From positions 1 through 63,800 of IMG/VR virus record IMGVR_UViG_3300032282_004188: DNA of 63,800 bases; one strand, given 5' to 3'. Below the pieces are notes generated by a model. The model made no database searches. It saw nothing but the letters and a program-made list of their open reading frames with translations, and had not been told where the DNA came from. A program made the position numbers and the translations under genes. Below, in pieces: positions 21,753-31,003 of the stretch; within the stretch, counting starts at the first letter, position 1; every line of letters starts with the position of its first letter. The DNA comes from a virus (Duplodnaviria; Caudoviricetes).

Positions 21753-22382
21753 CTAGCCTGATCCCCACAGCTTGTGCGCAATGGGGTCTTGATAAGCTGC
21801 TTCTCCTTCTTTTTTGGAAAGATTATGACGAGCAGCTGTAATTTTTTGTTTCTGTACTTCTTCCTCTGGGTCAATCAATTGAAGCGTTAGATTGGTAGGT
21901 TCCATGCCATTCATATTTTGCTTAATTTCAATTATTTTTTCTGAAAGAGCTACATTTTCAGCTAATTCAGAGAATGTCATATTTTCTAAATCATCTGGGG
22001 TGTATGTAGATATAGTAGCGAGAACAAAGGCTTTCATTAAATTTTTCACCTCAGTAGCTTCATATCTTTTTGCCTCAAGAATATTTTTAGCTAAAGATAC
22101 AGTAAAAAAACCTGATATATTTAATATCTCCTGGGACAATGACGAGACTGCCCCAGGAGATATTGACATTAAATCAAAATTTTCCGGATAGATAATAGCA
22201 TATGAGAGAATCAGGTCTTCCATATCAGCGGAAGAAAAACCATCCAAACCCTGAAGATATAATATCTTATTATATTCTTTAAAAGTTAATTCTCTGAAAA
22301 CTAAAGTTTGACTTTTTACATCAACGCTATAGATGTTTCCATATTTACTTTTTAAGGTAAATACTAACTCTGGGTCTATCAT
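21753..22382 (-). CDS. Tail assembly chaperone-like protein 2 (209 aa)
   Basis: LKSKYGNIY..VFRELTFKEY pattern typical of tail chaperones; sits between the tube genes and the tape-measure-like gene. Confidence 0.6.
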   Translation of the reverse strand: MIDPELVFTLKSKYGNIYSVDVKSQTLVFRELTFKEYNKILYLQGLDGFSSADMEDLILSYAIIYPENFDLMSISPGAVSSLSQEILNISGFFTVSLAKNILEAKRYEATEVKNLMKAFVLATISTYTPDDLENMTFSELAENVALSEKIIEIKQNMNGMEPTNLTLQLIDPEEEVQKQKITAARHNLSKKEGEAAYQDPIAHKLWGSG

Positions 22383-22385
22383 AAA

Positions 22386-22943
22386 TTACAGCTGTCTTAC
22401 CTCTAAGGCAACGAATCCTGAAGCTTCCAATACTTCTTGCGCAATCAATGAAGGAAGACCTGCCATGAATCCGGCAGAGTTATTCTTGTCAAATTGCGGA
22501 TAGAGCATGCATAATTCGGAGATTGTTTCTTCGTTCCAAAGATTAGCTTCCGCTGTAGTTAATTGTCCGGCTTGAACTAGCTGTTCCATTTTTTTGACAA
22601 TTTGTTTGTATTCAGCGCGATTTAAAACTCTCCATACGATATGCTTGTCATAAGTAATAGAGGTTACGTAGATATCGCCATATTGTTTTTTCCAAGCTTT
22701 AACCGTTCCGGCCAATGGTCCACCTTCCCAAATTGGCTCTTCATCGGGAACATCTTCTATTTCCTGGTAATCAGCATCTACTACTGTTTGCCCTTCTTCG
22801 TCTTCTAAATCTGGAGAATAACCAGATGCAAGATCGCTTACTTTAGGGTCATCTGACATCTCTAAATCTACCGTAGTAGTTTCAAAGTCTGTACCAGATT
22901 CAATATCTAAATTCTTAACAACAACTTTTCTTTTAGAATCCAT
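22386..22943 (-). CDS. Tail assembly chaperone-like protein 1 (185 aa)
   Basis: WKKQYGDIY..VWRVLNRAEY pattern, paralogous to the next gene; acidic N-terminus. Confidence 0.6.
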   Translation of the reverse strand: MDSKRKVVVKNLDIESGTDFETTTVDLEMSDDPKVSDLASGYSPDLEDEEGQTVVDADYQEIEDVPDEEPIWEGGPLAGTVKAWKKQYGDIYVTSITYDKHIVWRVLNRAEYKQIVKKMEQLVQAGQLTTAEANLWNEETISELCMLYPQFDKNNSAGFMAGLPSLIAQEVLEASGFVALEVRQL

Positions 22944-22971
22944 AATTACTCTCTTTCACTTGAATCAATTC

Positions 22972-23000
22972 ATTATATCATATAACGACTACTGAGGCAA
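22972..23000 (-). promoter_or_regulatory. Sigma70-type promoter (TTGCCT-17 bp-TATAAT, with TG extended -10)
   Basis: Minus strand TGATATAAT at 22972-22980, TTGCCT at 22995-23000; intergenic, ~30 nt upstream of the 22943 start. Confidence 0.6.
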
Positions 23001-23040
23001 TATGTTCAAACACTCAAGTATTGCCTTGTATTTCTTATTA

Positions 23041-23973
23041 TTAATCTGATAGATTGCCGCTAGTAGAAGTTGCGGTTCCTGCTGCTTTAGCTGACTCTCC
23101 GGCTGATGAAGTATTTGAGGTTATTCTTGTCTTAACGAAAGAAAGATCACCTTCCGTAAAGTAATGATCCCTTGCCATAAACTGGTAGCTTTCACCAATA
23201 GGTTGACCACCCGGCCCATAAGATATTGCCATGCTTGTTAAGTTAACCTCTTGAATAACTATTTTCATTGGCTGAGTAATGCCATCTGATTTAACAGTTC
23301 TTTGGTTAACGTCAGAAATCATCATTCTATCTATATTATCAGAAATGTTAATATCTTCAGATTGATAAACATTTAATGGGGACAACGCAACTTCTTCCAG
23401 TCCATATACTATAATTAAGTTAAATGGCGGATGAGCGCTGAAAATATTTCTATTAGAATTCTCAACATTTTTAGCAAAAGGGTCATCTGTCGCCCTATCC
23501 AACTGTCCTCTAGCCCAATATTTTTCTATTAATTTTTCATCATCTTCTGTTTCAAAAGTGGATCTTAAATTAGACATAACTGACTCAGCAGGGTATTTAT
23601 CTTTTGCTGCGCGAGCCCTAACATTTGCGGCCTTTTCAAGAAGTTCTGTCATTCTTCTTGGATATTTAGAGAACATTGTTAATTCTCCACTGATAATTCT
23701 AGTTCCGTACATCATGGCATCGTAGTTGTATGACCAGAACCCATATAGGGGTTGCTTCTCTTGTCTGACATTAAACGCAAAGGATGCAATGTCAAGTTCA
23801 TCTTCAGGAGAAAATAGTCCATCAATATATATTCTGATATCTTCTCCGCTAAAATAATAATCATAATAATTACTAAAGCGTAAATCTTCCTTTTTGCCAC
23901 CACTCCATAATGCATCTATTGTTGCGTGGATTGGATTGAACTCTCTTGTGTTGTTTATGTTTGAAATAGTCAT
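23041..23973 (-). CDS. Tail tube-like paralogue (310 aa), possible tube initiator
   Basis: YFSGEDIRIY...QEKQPLYGFWSY...GTRIISGEL...PPFNLIIVYG...FMARD aligns by eye with the tube motifs of the two upstream genes. Confidence 0.65.
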   Translation of the reverse strand: MTISNINNTREFNPIHATIDALWSGGKKEDLRFSNYYDYYFSGEDIRIYIDGLFSPEDELDIASFAFNVRQEKQPLYGFWSYNYDAMMYGTRIISGELTMFSKYPRRMTELLEKAANVRARAAKDKYPAESVMSNLRSTFETEDDEKLIEKYWARGQLDRATDDPFAKNVENSNRNIFSAHPPFNLIIVYGLEEVALSPLNVYQSEDINISDNIDRMMISDVNQRTVKSDGITQPMKIVIQEVNLTSMAISYGPGGQPIGESYQFMARDHYFTEGDLSFVKTRITSNTSSAGESAKAAGTATSTSGNLSD

Positions 23974-24755
23974 GCTGGGGGCTTTACCTGAGTTGTGTTT
24001 GTTTCATTCTTTTTAGGATTATATTTTGCCTGATAATAATCTGATTCATTTAACTCAGCTAGTTCCTGCACTATTAAGTCTCCAAATATATTAGATCCTA
24101 TATTCATATCCCTAGTTTTCATTTCTTGAGTATAGGATGGATCCGTTGGCACTAAACTATCATTAGGCATTTTGACTAGGGGCTGAATTCCTCTAGCCAT
24201 ATAAGTATAAGTCTGTTCCGTTATTAAGTCGTCTATAGATAAGGTCTGACCTTCATCTACTATTGTAATTCCAAAGATTTTCATCTTAGCCCCAATACCG
24301 TATTCGTTAAAAAAGGTAATTACAATATCGAAAGGTGGCAGCATGTCTGCTAGTGGAGCAAAAAAGCCCTGTTTTCTAGCAAGGTATTCTCTAAATTGTT
24401 TTATTCTATAAAAAGCGTACTCGTTAAATACGGTGAATATTAAACTTCCTGCAATTGTTCTTCCGCCTTTGACAAAACCTCTAACATTTACATGGCCCAA
24501 TGTTCTTATGGGGGAATTTTCTCTATGTATAGAGTAAGAAATTGTTTGAAGCTCTCCAAGATTTATTACATCTCCCCGGGGTTCAACATTTCCAGTTTTA
24601 CCTATTACTGGAATTATCATTGTTGCTACTGCGTCAGCTCCAGAGAAAGACATATTTGACATATACTTATCAAAGTCAAATAAATCATGCCCCGTATTCG
24701 GCTGACTTTCTTCTTTTCTGGTTAGCTTAAAAGGGAACGATTGCCCTTGTGCCAT
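23970..24755 (-). CDS. Tail tube-like paralogue (261 aa)
   Basis: SFSGADAVAT...SYSIHRENSPIRTLG...GGRTIAGSLIFTVF...LPPFDIVITFFNEYG...YMARG; AGGAG RBS. Confidence 0.75.
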   Translation of the reverse strand: MAQGQSFPFKLTRKEESQPNTGHDLFDFDKYMSNMSFSGADAVATMIIPVIGKTGNVEPRGDVINLGELQTISYSIHRENSPIRTLGHVNVRGFVKGGRTIAGSLIFTVFNEYAFYRIKQFREYLARKQGFFAPLADMLPPFDIVITFFNEYGIGAKMKIFGITIVDEGQTLSIDDLITEQTYTYMARGIQPLVKMPNDSLVPTDPSYTQEMKTRDMNIGSNIFGDLIVQELAELNESDYYQAKYNPKKNETNTTQVKPPA

Positions 24756-24768
24756 ATTATTCTCCTAT

Positions 24769-24808
24769 AAATAAAAAGGTGCATGGAAGAAGCCTCCCAT
24801 GCACCTTT
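24769..24808 (-). terminator. Rho-independent terminator after major tail tube gene
   Basis: 12-bp stem aaaggtgcatgg / ccatgcaccttt, followed on the minus strand by a T-rich tract. Confidence 0.8.
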
Positions 24809-24827
24809 CACGTAAAATTACACTCTA

Positions 24828-25490
24828 TCAGGGTCTGATAATTGTGGTGTTCAATCCCTCAGGTGGAATACCTACCAGGTTAGTCGGATCGACAAGAGTA
24901 TCATTTCTGATAACATACATCGGTCCAAGTTCACGGGCTACGTAAGTCATTGTTTCTTCGATAACGATGTCATCCATCGATGCTCCTGAACCTTCGTTCA
25001 AAAGCTCAACACCAAAGATTGATCTCACTGCAGCCTGACCATATTCATTAGCAAATGTAACGGTAATGTCAAAAGGAGGAATCTGATCAGCATAGTAGGG
25101 AACTTTTCTTACTACGCCGGTCTTCTGCTCATTAACATCAGCAATACCGCGTCGATGGCCATTATCACCTGGCAATGTGTTGTGACTTCTTGTGTAGAAG
25201 TCCATGGGTCTATTTTGTGTATAGTTTTGTTCCAACATCTTATAAAGTGCAGGACGATCAAAAACTGTAAAGATTAAGGAGCCAGCTATTCCTCTTTTTC
25301 CTCTTGAGAAAGAACGAGGATTAGGTGATCCCATGGTGTAGATTGGGGCCTTTTCTCTAGTAACAGAGAAAGTAATGCCTGATAAGGCACCGATTTCTAC
25401 GCCACCAAATGTGGCTACAATGTCTGCTCCTGAGAACGTGGTGTAAGTATTGAGATACTTATTAACTGATGTATATTCTTCTGCTGCCAT
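24828..25490 (-). CDS. Major tail tube protein (220 aa)
   Basis: Follows the sheath; TFSGADIVATF...TREKAPIYTMG...GKRGIAGSLIFTVF...PPFDITVTFANEYG; strong AGGAGGG RBS; followed by a terminator. Confidence 0.8.
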   Translation of the reverse strand: MAAEEYTSVNKYLNTYTTFSGADIVATFGGVEIGALSGITFSVTREKAPIYTMGSPNPRSFSRGKRGIAGSLIFTVFDRPALYKMLEQNYTQNRPMDFYTRSHNTLPGDNGHRRGIADVNEQKTGVVRKVPYYADQIPPFDITVTFANEYGQAAVRSIFGVELLNEGSGASMDDIVIEETMTYVARELGPMYVIRNDTLVDPTNLVGIPPEGLNTTIIRP

Positions 25491-25516
25491 TTAAGTTACC
25501 CTCCTAGTCGGTAAAT

Positions 25517-26755
25517 TTATAGACTAATGGCCACTCTGACTTCGATCTCTTTGAGTTCGAAGGCAGGTGTTAAAATAAGGTCTACAACCGCCTTGTTTTC
25601 GTTCGGAATATAAGAGACCGTAAAGTCACTACCGAGCAAGGCTCCTACAATTTGCATACCTCTCAAGCCAGAAGTAATTGCTGTTTCCATCGCATTTCTT
25701 GTTTGGATATTTGATGGCTCACCAACGAATCTCTGGCAGGCTTGTCTGACAACCGACGTAGCATCATTGATGATTCTCTTGGTTGAAAGACGAGTATAAT
25801 CTGATGTTGACCAACTAAAAGTCAATCCATCTCCGAATACCGGAATCTTGTTAAAGTTAATAACAATGCTATTAACGCCCTTATCTGACAAAGCAGCTTG
25901 TTGTGTTCTAGTGGGAGAATATCTGATAGCCTCCACGTTGTACGCTGCTTTATTCACAACTGAGCTATATGATGGCAGTATGCTTATGGTCGCTGCTAAG
26001 TGTGTGGCACCGTTTGCGTAACCAAAATCAACGTTTCCAGAGGAGTAATTAACGGGTTTAATTTCCGTAGCAACAATTACCACATAAGGACCAGTTTCTT
26101 TCAAGAGTGCGCTATCATTTCTTACGGGAAGATTAGTGAGACCTAAGTGCGTGTTTACGTTTCCTGGAGTCATAGCTTCTGATCCGCTAACATATGGCTT
26201 AACGCCCATAATGGCTATACAGGGATTGATATTTTCCGAAATGTCTTTGACTTTCTCGGAAACTTTATATGCCCAATTATTAGCCACGGTAACCGCATTG
26301 TCTGCGTAAAAGCCATAAGAAGAAGCAGTAGGCGAATCTGGCGTTGCAGCCCATTCGCTTGGATGTCCACCACGGCCCCAGGGGACAATGATGTCTGGGA
26401 TGCAAGATTCTGCTGCCACAAATGCGTCATCAAAAATATCTACTGCGCTACTAGTGACGGCACCAGTAGCAGGGACGAATACGGTGTCGCTTGGTAGCGG
26501 GACAATATATACTCTTCCTGCTCCAGCAATGAGCAATTCGAGGAATGCTCTGTGTGCGTCTGAACCATCGCCAAATGCAGTGATAACGTCAGCTTCGTTT
26601 GAAACTCGGACGACGTCCAGATCTGCTACGCCACCAGTACCACTGGCGGTACTACGCTTTGCGATTGCGACAATTCTAGGACCAGCTGGCGCGTCCTGAC
26701 GTGAGACGCTATAAAAGCGATCTCTGATTAAAGTTTTTACTCCAGGTATAGCCAT
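25517..26755 (-). CDS. Tail sheath protein
   Basis: Starts MAIPGVKT (GGAGGA RBS; track start 26773). C-terminal sheath-like domain LSDKGVNSI...DGLT...YTRLSTKRI...FVGEPSN...LTPAFELKEIEV. Confidence 0.85.
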   Translation of the reverse strand: MAIPGVKTLIRDRFYSVSRQDAPAGPRIVAIAKRSTASGTGGVADLDVVRVSNEADVITAFGDGSDAHRAFLELLIAGAGRVYIVPLPSDTVFVPATGAVTSSAVDIFDDAFVAAESCIPDIIVPWGRGGHPSEWAATPDSPTASSYGFYADNAVTVANNWAYKVSEKVKDISENINPCIAIMGVKPYVSGSEAMTPGNVNTHLGLTNLPVRNDSALLKETGPYVVIVATEIKPVNYSSGNVDFGYANGATHLAATISILPSYSSVVNKAAYNVEAIRYSPTRTQQAALSDKGVNSIVINFNKIPVFGDGLTFSWSTSDYTRLSTKRIINDATSVVRQACQRFVGEPSNIQTRNAMETAITSGLRGMQIVGALLGSDFTVSYIPNENKAVVDLILTPAFELKEIEVRVAISL

Positions 26756-26801
26756 TTTATTTTTATCCTCCAAATTTCAAAACTCTATTTGAATCTTTCC
26801 T

Positions 26802-26809
26802 TATAGTAA
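26802..26809 (-). promoter_or_regulatory. Candidate late promoter TTACTATA
   Basis: Intergenic, 47 nt upstream of the sheath start; same motif recurs before other structural genes. Confidence 0.55.
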
Positions 26810-26868
26810 CACACAAGTTATAAAAACAACTACAAACTTAATTTTGAAGAAGATTAATATATACCATT

Positions 26869-27732
26869 CTACTCATTGGGTGTTGCACCCTGGAAGAGGT
26901 CTATCATATTCCCTTCTGTTCCAGAGTAGTTTGGCGTTGATAATTGATTTCGAATAAGTTCCTTTTCATATGCCATCCAAGTTCTTGCATCAACAGAAAT
27001 TTTTTCAATTCTATTATTAGCTATTGCAAATGTTTTTTCAGTAGTCAACATGTACGTGACTGTTCTTTTATGTATGTCCTTGCCTTCTCTATTTATTTCT
27101 GAGTCTGACAACCTTCTAGAATAGACTAACTCTGCAGCCCCTGCTGCCTTAAAAATTGAAGTATACTCTAACATGAAATCCTCAAAAGCTTCTATTACCT
27201 GGTCACAAAGTACGGCAGCATCGAGGTCATCTCTAGTTGTTGTGCTATTTGGTCCTTGAAAAGTTCCAACTTTACTCATGACCGTAAATCCAACAACGTT
27301 TTGAAATTTTTGACCATATATTGTTACCGAGTTGGACAGTACATTTTGACGCATTCTCGGCTTAGGCTCCGTGGTATGAGCTTTTCTTAGTTCTAAATGA
27401 TAACCAATTATTGCAGGGAACTCGTTCAATTGTACGGAATCGGAAGATGGAGCAGAGGATATGTCACCAGATCTAATTTCGGTTCCACCATTATCCTTGT
27501 ATGTTACTGAAGTGTCTCTGTTTATGTTTAATGGTAGTATCGGTATTGTTGGGTAGCTTTCTTCCCATATTTTTTTTACTAAACTAATAAATTCTAAATA
27601 AGTTAAATTACCAGTGTATATCTCTTCTATTCCATCGCTATCTAATCTTCGATACCCGGGTGACTGTAAAGCGGGAAGTCCATATCGTGCATTTTCTGAA
27701 AAATGGGGAAATTCTCTATTTATATAACTCAT
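26869..27732 (-). CDS. Neck / tail-terminator-like protein (287 aa)
   Basis: Position between neck genes and sheath; alpha/beta pattern (FQNVVGFTV, FEDFMLEYTSIFKAAG). Positional inference. Confidence 0.5.
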   Translation of the reverse strand: MSYINREFPHFSENARYGLPALQSPGYRRLDSDGIEEIYTGNLTYLEFISLVKKIWEESYPTIPILPLNINRDTSVTYKDNGGTEIRSGDISSAPSSDSVQLNEFPAIIGYHLELRKAHTTEPKPRMRQNVLSNSVTIYGQKFQNVVGFTVMSKVGTFQGPNSTTTRDDLDAAVLCDQVIEAFEDFMLEYTSIFKAAGAAELVYSRRLSDSEINREGKDIHKRTVTYMLTTEKTFAIANNRIEKISVDARTWMAYEKELIRNQLSTPNYSGTEGNMIDLFQGATPNE

Positions 27733-27733
27733 A

Positions 27734-29332
27734 CTATGCTCCTGGTCCAGCTGCTAATGAAAAGTCTACTCTTTTTAGTCCAAGTGCGGAAAGAAGTTCT
27801 ACTTCAAAAATAAAGACACCTCTTTCTGTTTCGGATATTTTAACATTAAAAGAGTAATCATTTATTACCGAGTTCTTTTTAAGAAGTTCTAAAAACTCTT
27901 TTGTTTCGGAAACTATTTGATCAAAGGACATGATATCAAAATGAGATAATGCTATTCCCTTTATTTCGCTCACCACAAGAGACACTAATCTCATTTGTGA
28001 AAGTTTAGTAAAAGTTGAGGTTGCATTAGCCATTGTATATTCATTAGTTATGTACACCTCAAATGGCACTGCTCTTCTTGTTTTGCTTCCTCGGTATAAC
28101 GTATTAACGCCGATGCTTTCCAATCTCTGATACTCTGCCTGAGTGAGATCATTACCAAATAAAGACATAGCTCCTGGTATTCTATTCCTAATTAAAGCCC
28201 TATTAATTGGCATAGAAGATATCATTCCAGCAACGGCTGCTGCTGCACTTGAGGTATAGCTTAATTTTATTTGAGGGTGCTGAAAAACCATTTCCCCATA
28301 TATTGGGACTATGTATCGACCCTTATCTGAGGTTATTTGTCCAGTCGAACTATTATAAACTGTAAATTTCTCAGTAAAAATAGGATTTTGTTCTAGTATA
28401 TTTATGTCTGATGCCTTAAGGCCATTGGTTTTGGAGCCGATAATTCCTATTTGAACATTTCCAGTATTATTATGAAAATCGGAACAATAGGTTGCTAGTT
28501 GCGTCACAAAATCTACTTCTCCTGTACTCATAATAGATGTTTCAAGTGGCACAATTATATCCACAAAATCTAAATCCATTATATCTTGATAAGTTTGCTC
28601 TAGTCTTTCGTAATACTTTTCATAAAAAGTCTGAGAACTAGGAGTAGATTGATCCCGGTTGAATACGGTAGTGGATATGAGTCTTCCCCCATAGCTGTCA
28701 ACATATTCTGTCATCGGCGCCGATGCACAAATCATTATATCCCTTGCTCCGCAAGAATAAGCGTCTAAGACTCCTCGTAAAAGTGGACTATTGATATCAG
28801 CCTGTAACAAGTCAACTGCTTGCTGTATGGAATTAATTTTTACCGGATAATTTAATTGCACTCCGTCCGCGTGGCCTATTAATAAAATGGTGCTTGTATT
28901 GCTTTTATCTAATTGCTGATATGTTGGCCTATAATTTATGACGCTAGACTTTGGAGATACTATGGTAGCTGGAGATAATGTATTAGTGGATGACCTTACT
29001 TGAAATACTGAACTTATCGTAATATCTTTTATTGAACTATTTGTTCTAGCTAAAACGGTATAATTATATTCATATAGATTATCAGGAACAGTATAATGAA
29101 AAATATATTCTCCATTAGAAACTTTTTCAATCCTATTGCCTGTAGCTTCTGGATCCTGAGCAAGATAAAAATATGGACCATTAATTACGGGCCCCGCTCC
29201 ACCTTCACCTCTCAGCACATATATGCCTATATCTATGGGCGTGGCCGAACTTACTGGATCATAAAGTGTTCCATCGGTATCGGTAAATATAAATTTAAAC
29301 TGAGCAGTTTGCCCCTTAGATAAAACTAACAT
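27734..29332 (-). CDS. Second sheath-like protein with N-terminal Ig-like domain (532 aa)
   Basis: C-terminus resembles a sheath (AAAAVAGMISS, LESIGVNTL, FTKLSQMRLV, INDYSFNV); N-terminus resembles that of the 300-aa gene at 29700. Confidence 0.6.
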   Translation of the reverse strand: MLVLSKGQTAQFKFIFTDTDGTLYDPVSSATPIDIGIYVLRGEGGAGPVINGPYFYLAQDPEATGNRIEKVSNGEYIFHYTVPDNLYEYNYTVLARTNSSIKDITISSVFQVRSSTNTLSPATIVSPKSSVINYRPTYQQLDKSNTSTILLIGHADGVQLNYPVKINSIQQAVDLLQADINSPLLRGVLDAYSCGARDIMICASAPMTEYVDSYGGRLISTTVFNRDQSTPSSQTFYEKYYERLEQTYQDIMDLDFVDIIVPLETSIMSTGEVDFVTQLATYCSDFHNNTGNVQIGIIGSKTNGLKASDINILEQNPIFTEKFTVYNSSTGQITSDKGRYIVPIYGEMVFQHPQIKLSYTSSAAAAVAGMISSMPINRALIRNRIPGAMSLFGNDLTQAEYQRLESIGVNTLYRGSKTRRAVPFEVYITNEYTMANATSTFTKLSQMRLVSLVVSEIKGIALSHFDIMSFDQIVSETKEFLELLKKNSVINDYSFNVKISETERGVFIFEVELLSALGLKRVDFSLAAGPGA

Positions 29333-29335
29333 TAC

Positions 29336-29707
29336 TTACTTCTCTCTCGTAGCACCGACAACCCAATAGCTTATTTTACCCATTCTCCCCCTGACTGCAC
29401 TTGCAGCGTCCACTAGGAACATAGTATAATTTTTTGCAGCTTTGAGGGAATAATTCTCATATATTCTATCACCCTCTTTGGGGAAAACAGTGTCTTGAAA
29501 ATAATATACGGCGTCATAATTTGTGTATAATCCACTTTGTAATTCTACTGTAGATTGATAATTAGCTGCTCCAGATTGGGCCACCTGTCTAGTGGTTATT
29601 CTTTCAAATTGGCTAGAATGATTGCCATTTGCAAGTATTCTTTGAAGATATATATCATGACCCCATTCTCGCAAGATTTTATTAAATGAACGCTTTGCAT
29701 CAATCAC
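29336..29707 (-). CDS. Head-closure / neck protein (123 aa)
   Basis: Size, position, and PKEGDRIYE beta-barrel-like motif. Confidence 0.5.
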   Translation of the reverse strand: MIDAKRSFNKILREWGHDIYLQRILANGNHSSQFERITTRQVAQSGAANYQSTVELQSGLYTNYDAVYYFQDTVFPKEGDRIYENYSLKAAKNYTMFLVDAASAVRGRMGKISYWVVGATREK

Positions 29708-30602
29708 GACTTCTAAAGCCTCTGTTTGGCATGGGGTCTTGCTTGGCGGGTATTGTTCTTACGGGGCCATACAATTCTCTATCTGTCAAATAGGCAATCT
29801 TGCCACCATCTACTTGCGGCATCTTCCCAGCTGAATAAACTGGGCCAACACTTGGAAGACCTTTCATCTGGAAACCTAAAGGACTAACTTTATTTGCTAG
29901 CATTTCTTTTCTTAACGCTGCGGCAATTTGGCACCAGGTTGTTGCATTATCTCTTGTTACTTTATTTCTAGGTATTGATTTATTGGTAATATTAAGATCG
30001 CCAAGTCGCAGAGATATTTCATCATCTCCACCATACCCATAATTTCTACTTAGTTCACACGCTGTAGCAGCTTTGATGTATTCTAAAATAATAAATGCTA
30101 AACCACTACCATCTTCACTATCTAATAGTCCGTGTATACCTTTTATTTCATTGGAATAATTATGTATTATTTCTCCAATTTCCAATGGACTAGCGTCGGG
30201 AAAGTAAGACAATAATTGCTCCGGATCTAAATAAAGTGGTATTACATCAGGGGCAAAAGTTATAGTTTCATCATTTTTAAGAATTACCGTTGGCTGGTAT
30301 TCTTCGACTGTTGAACTGACATATAATCTTTGCTCTACTACTACAGAATTACCATTTGCTAGTAGTCCGGTAAACTTTACCGTATAAGTATCGGCTATAG
30401 TCGGAGTGTAATCATAATAATATATTGAACTAGATATCTGACTAGAGATATCGTCTAAAACTGTTTCATTTGAAGAATTCTTAATTAATACTGATGGATT
30501 TGTTTCAGGAACTAGATCTATTTCATTTCCATTGGCGTCAGTATCCTTGAATCTAACTGTGATTCTAACGGTATCACTAACTAATACTCTATCTGTTGAC
30601 AT
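29700..30602 (-). CDS. Head-tail adaptor-like protein with N-terminal Ig-like domain (300 aa)
   Basis: Position in the neck module; beta-rich N-half and helical C-half with ISLRLGDLNI; GAGG RBS. Confidence 0.5.
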   Translation of the reverse strand: MSTDRVLVSDTVRITVRFKDTDANGNEIDLVPETNPSVLIKNSSNETVLDDISSQISSSIYYYDYTPTIADTYTVKFTGLLANGNSVVVEQRLYVSSTVEEYQPTVILKNDETITFAPDVIPLYLDPEQLLSYFPDASPLEIGEIIHNYSNEIKGIHGLLDSEDGSGLAFIILEYIKAATACELSRNYGYGGDDEISLRLGDLNITNKSIPRNKVTRDNATTWCQIAAALRKEMLANKVSPLGFQMKGLPSVGPVYSAGKMPQVDGGKIAYLTDRELYGPVRTIPAKQDPMPNRGFRSRD

Positions 30603-30617
30603 CGTAAACCTCTTAAT

Positions 30618-30989
30618 TTAATTGTTAGACATTATAGTAACATCTATAGTTCCAGCCGAATTATTCTCCAAGATAATACTTTCTGCACTAGAAATGGCAT
30701 AAGCTTCATCTTTTCTAATTGAAAAAGCTATAACTCCAGAACTATAAGAAGAAAATGATATATTTGATAAAGTTTCTGTATTCTCTATAACTGTAGTCGA
30801 AACTATCAGCGAATGAGTATTGACAAACACTAAAGTGCTGTCTATGGAGGGCGGAGATAATACTACAACTGCTAATACTTTTTGATTGCCTAAATTAGTA
30901 TTAATGCCAAAAGATTCTGGCGATACTACATAGGCTCCTGAATAGGAATATGTAGTATCGTCATATTCTATATCTACATCATAATTCAC
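30618..30989 (-). CDS. Hypothetical Ser/Thr/Val-rich protein (123 aa)
   Basis: GTG start with AAGG upstream; fills an operon gap. Confidence 0.55.
   Translation of the reverse strand: MNYDVDIEYDDTTYSYSGAYVVSPESFGINTNLGNQKVLAVVVLSPPSIDSTLVFVNTHSLIVSTTVIENTETLSNISFSSYSSGVIAFSIRKDEAYAISSAESIILENNSAGTIDVTIMSNN
30633..30640 (-). promoter_or_regulatory. Candidate late promoter TTACTATA
   Basis: 31 nt upstream of the 30602 start, the same spacing as the copy before the protease gene; lies inside the 3' end of the 123-aa ORF. Confidence 0.5.
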
Positions 30990-31003
30990 TGGAAAACCTT
31001 ATA

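Noticed and set aside
22589-22595. A7 run in chaperone 1 as a G/GT slippery site
   Set aside because: Mid-gene, and the second chaperone is in the same frame, so a -1 shift would not fuse them.
25517-29332. Contractile injection system / tailocin interpretation
   Set aside because: Terminase, portal, protease and major capsid genes are present, so this is a phage.
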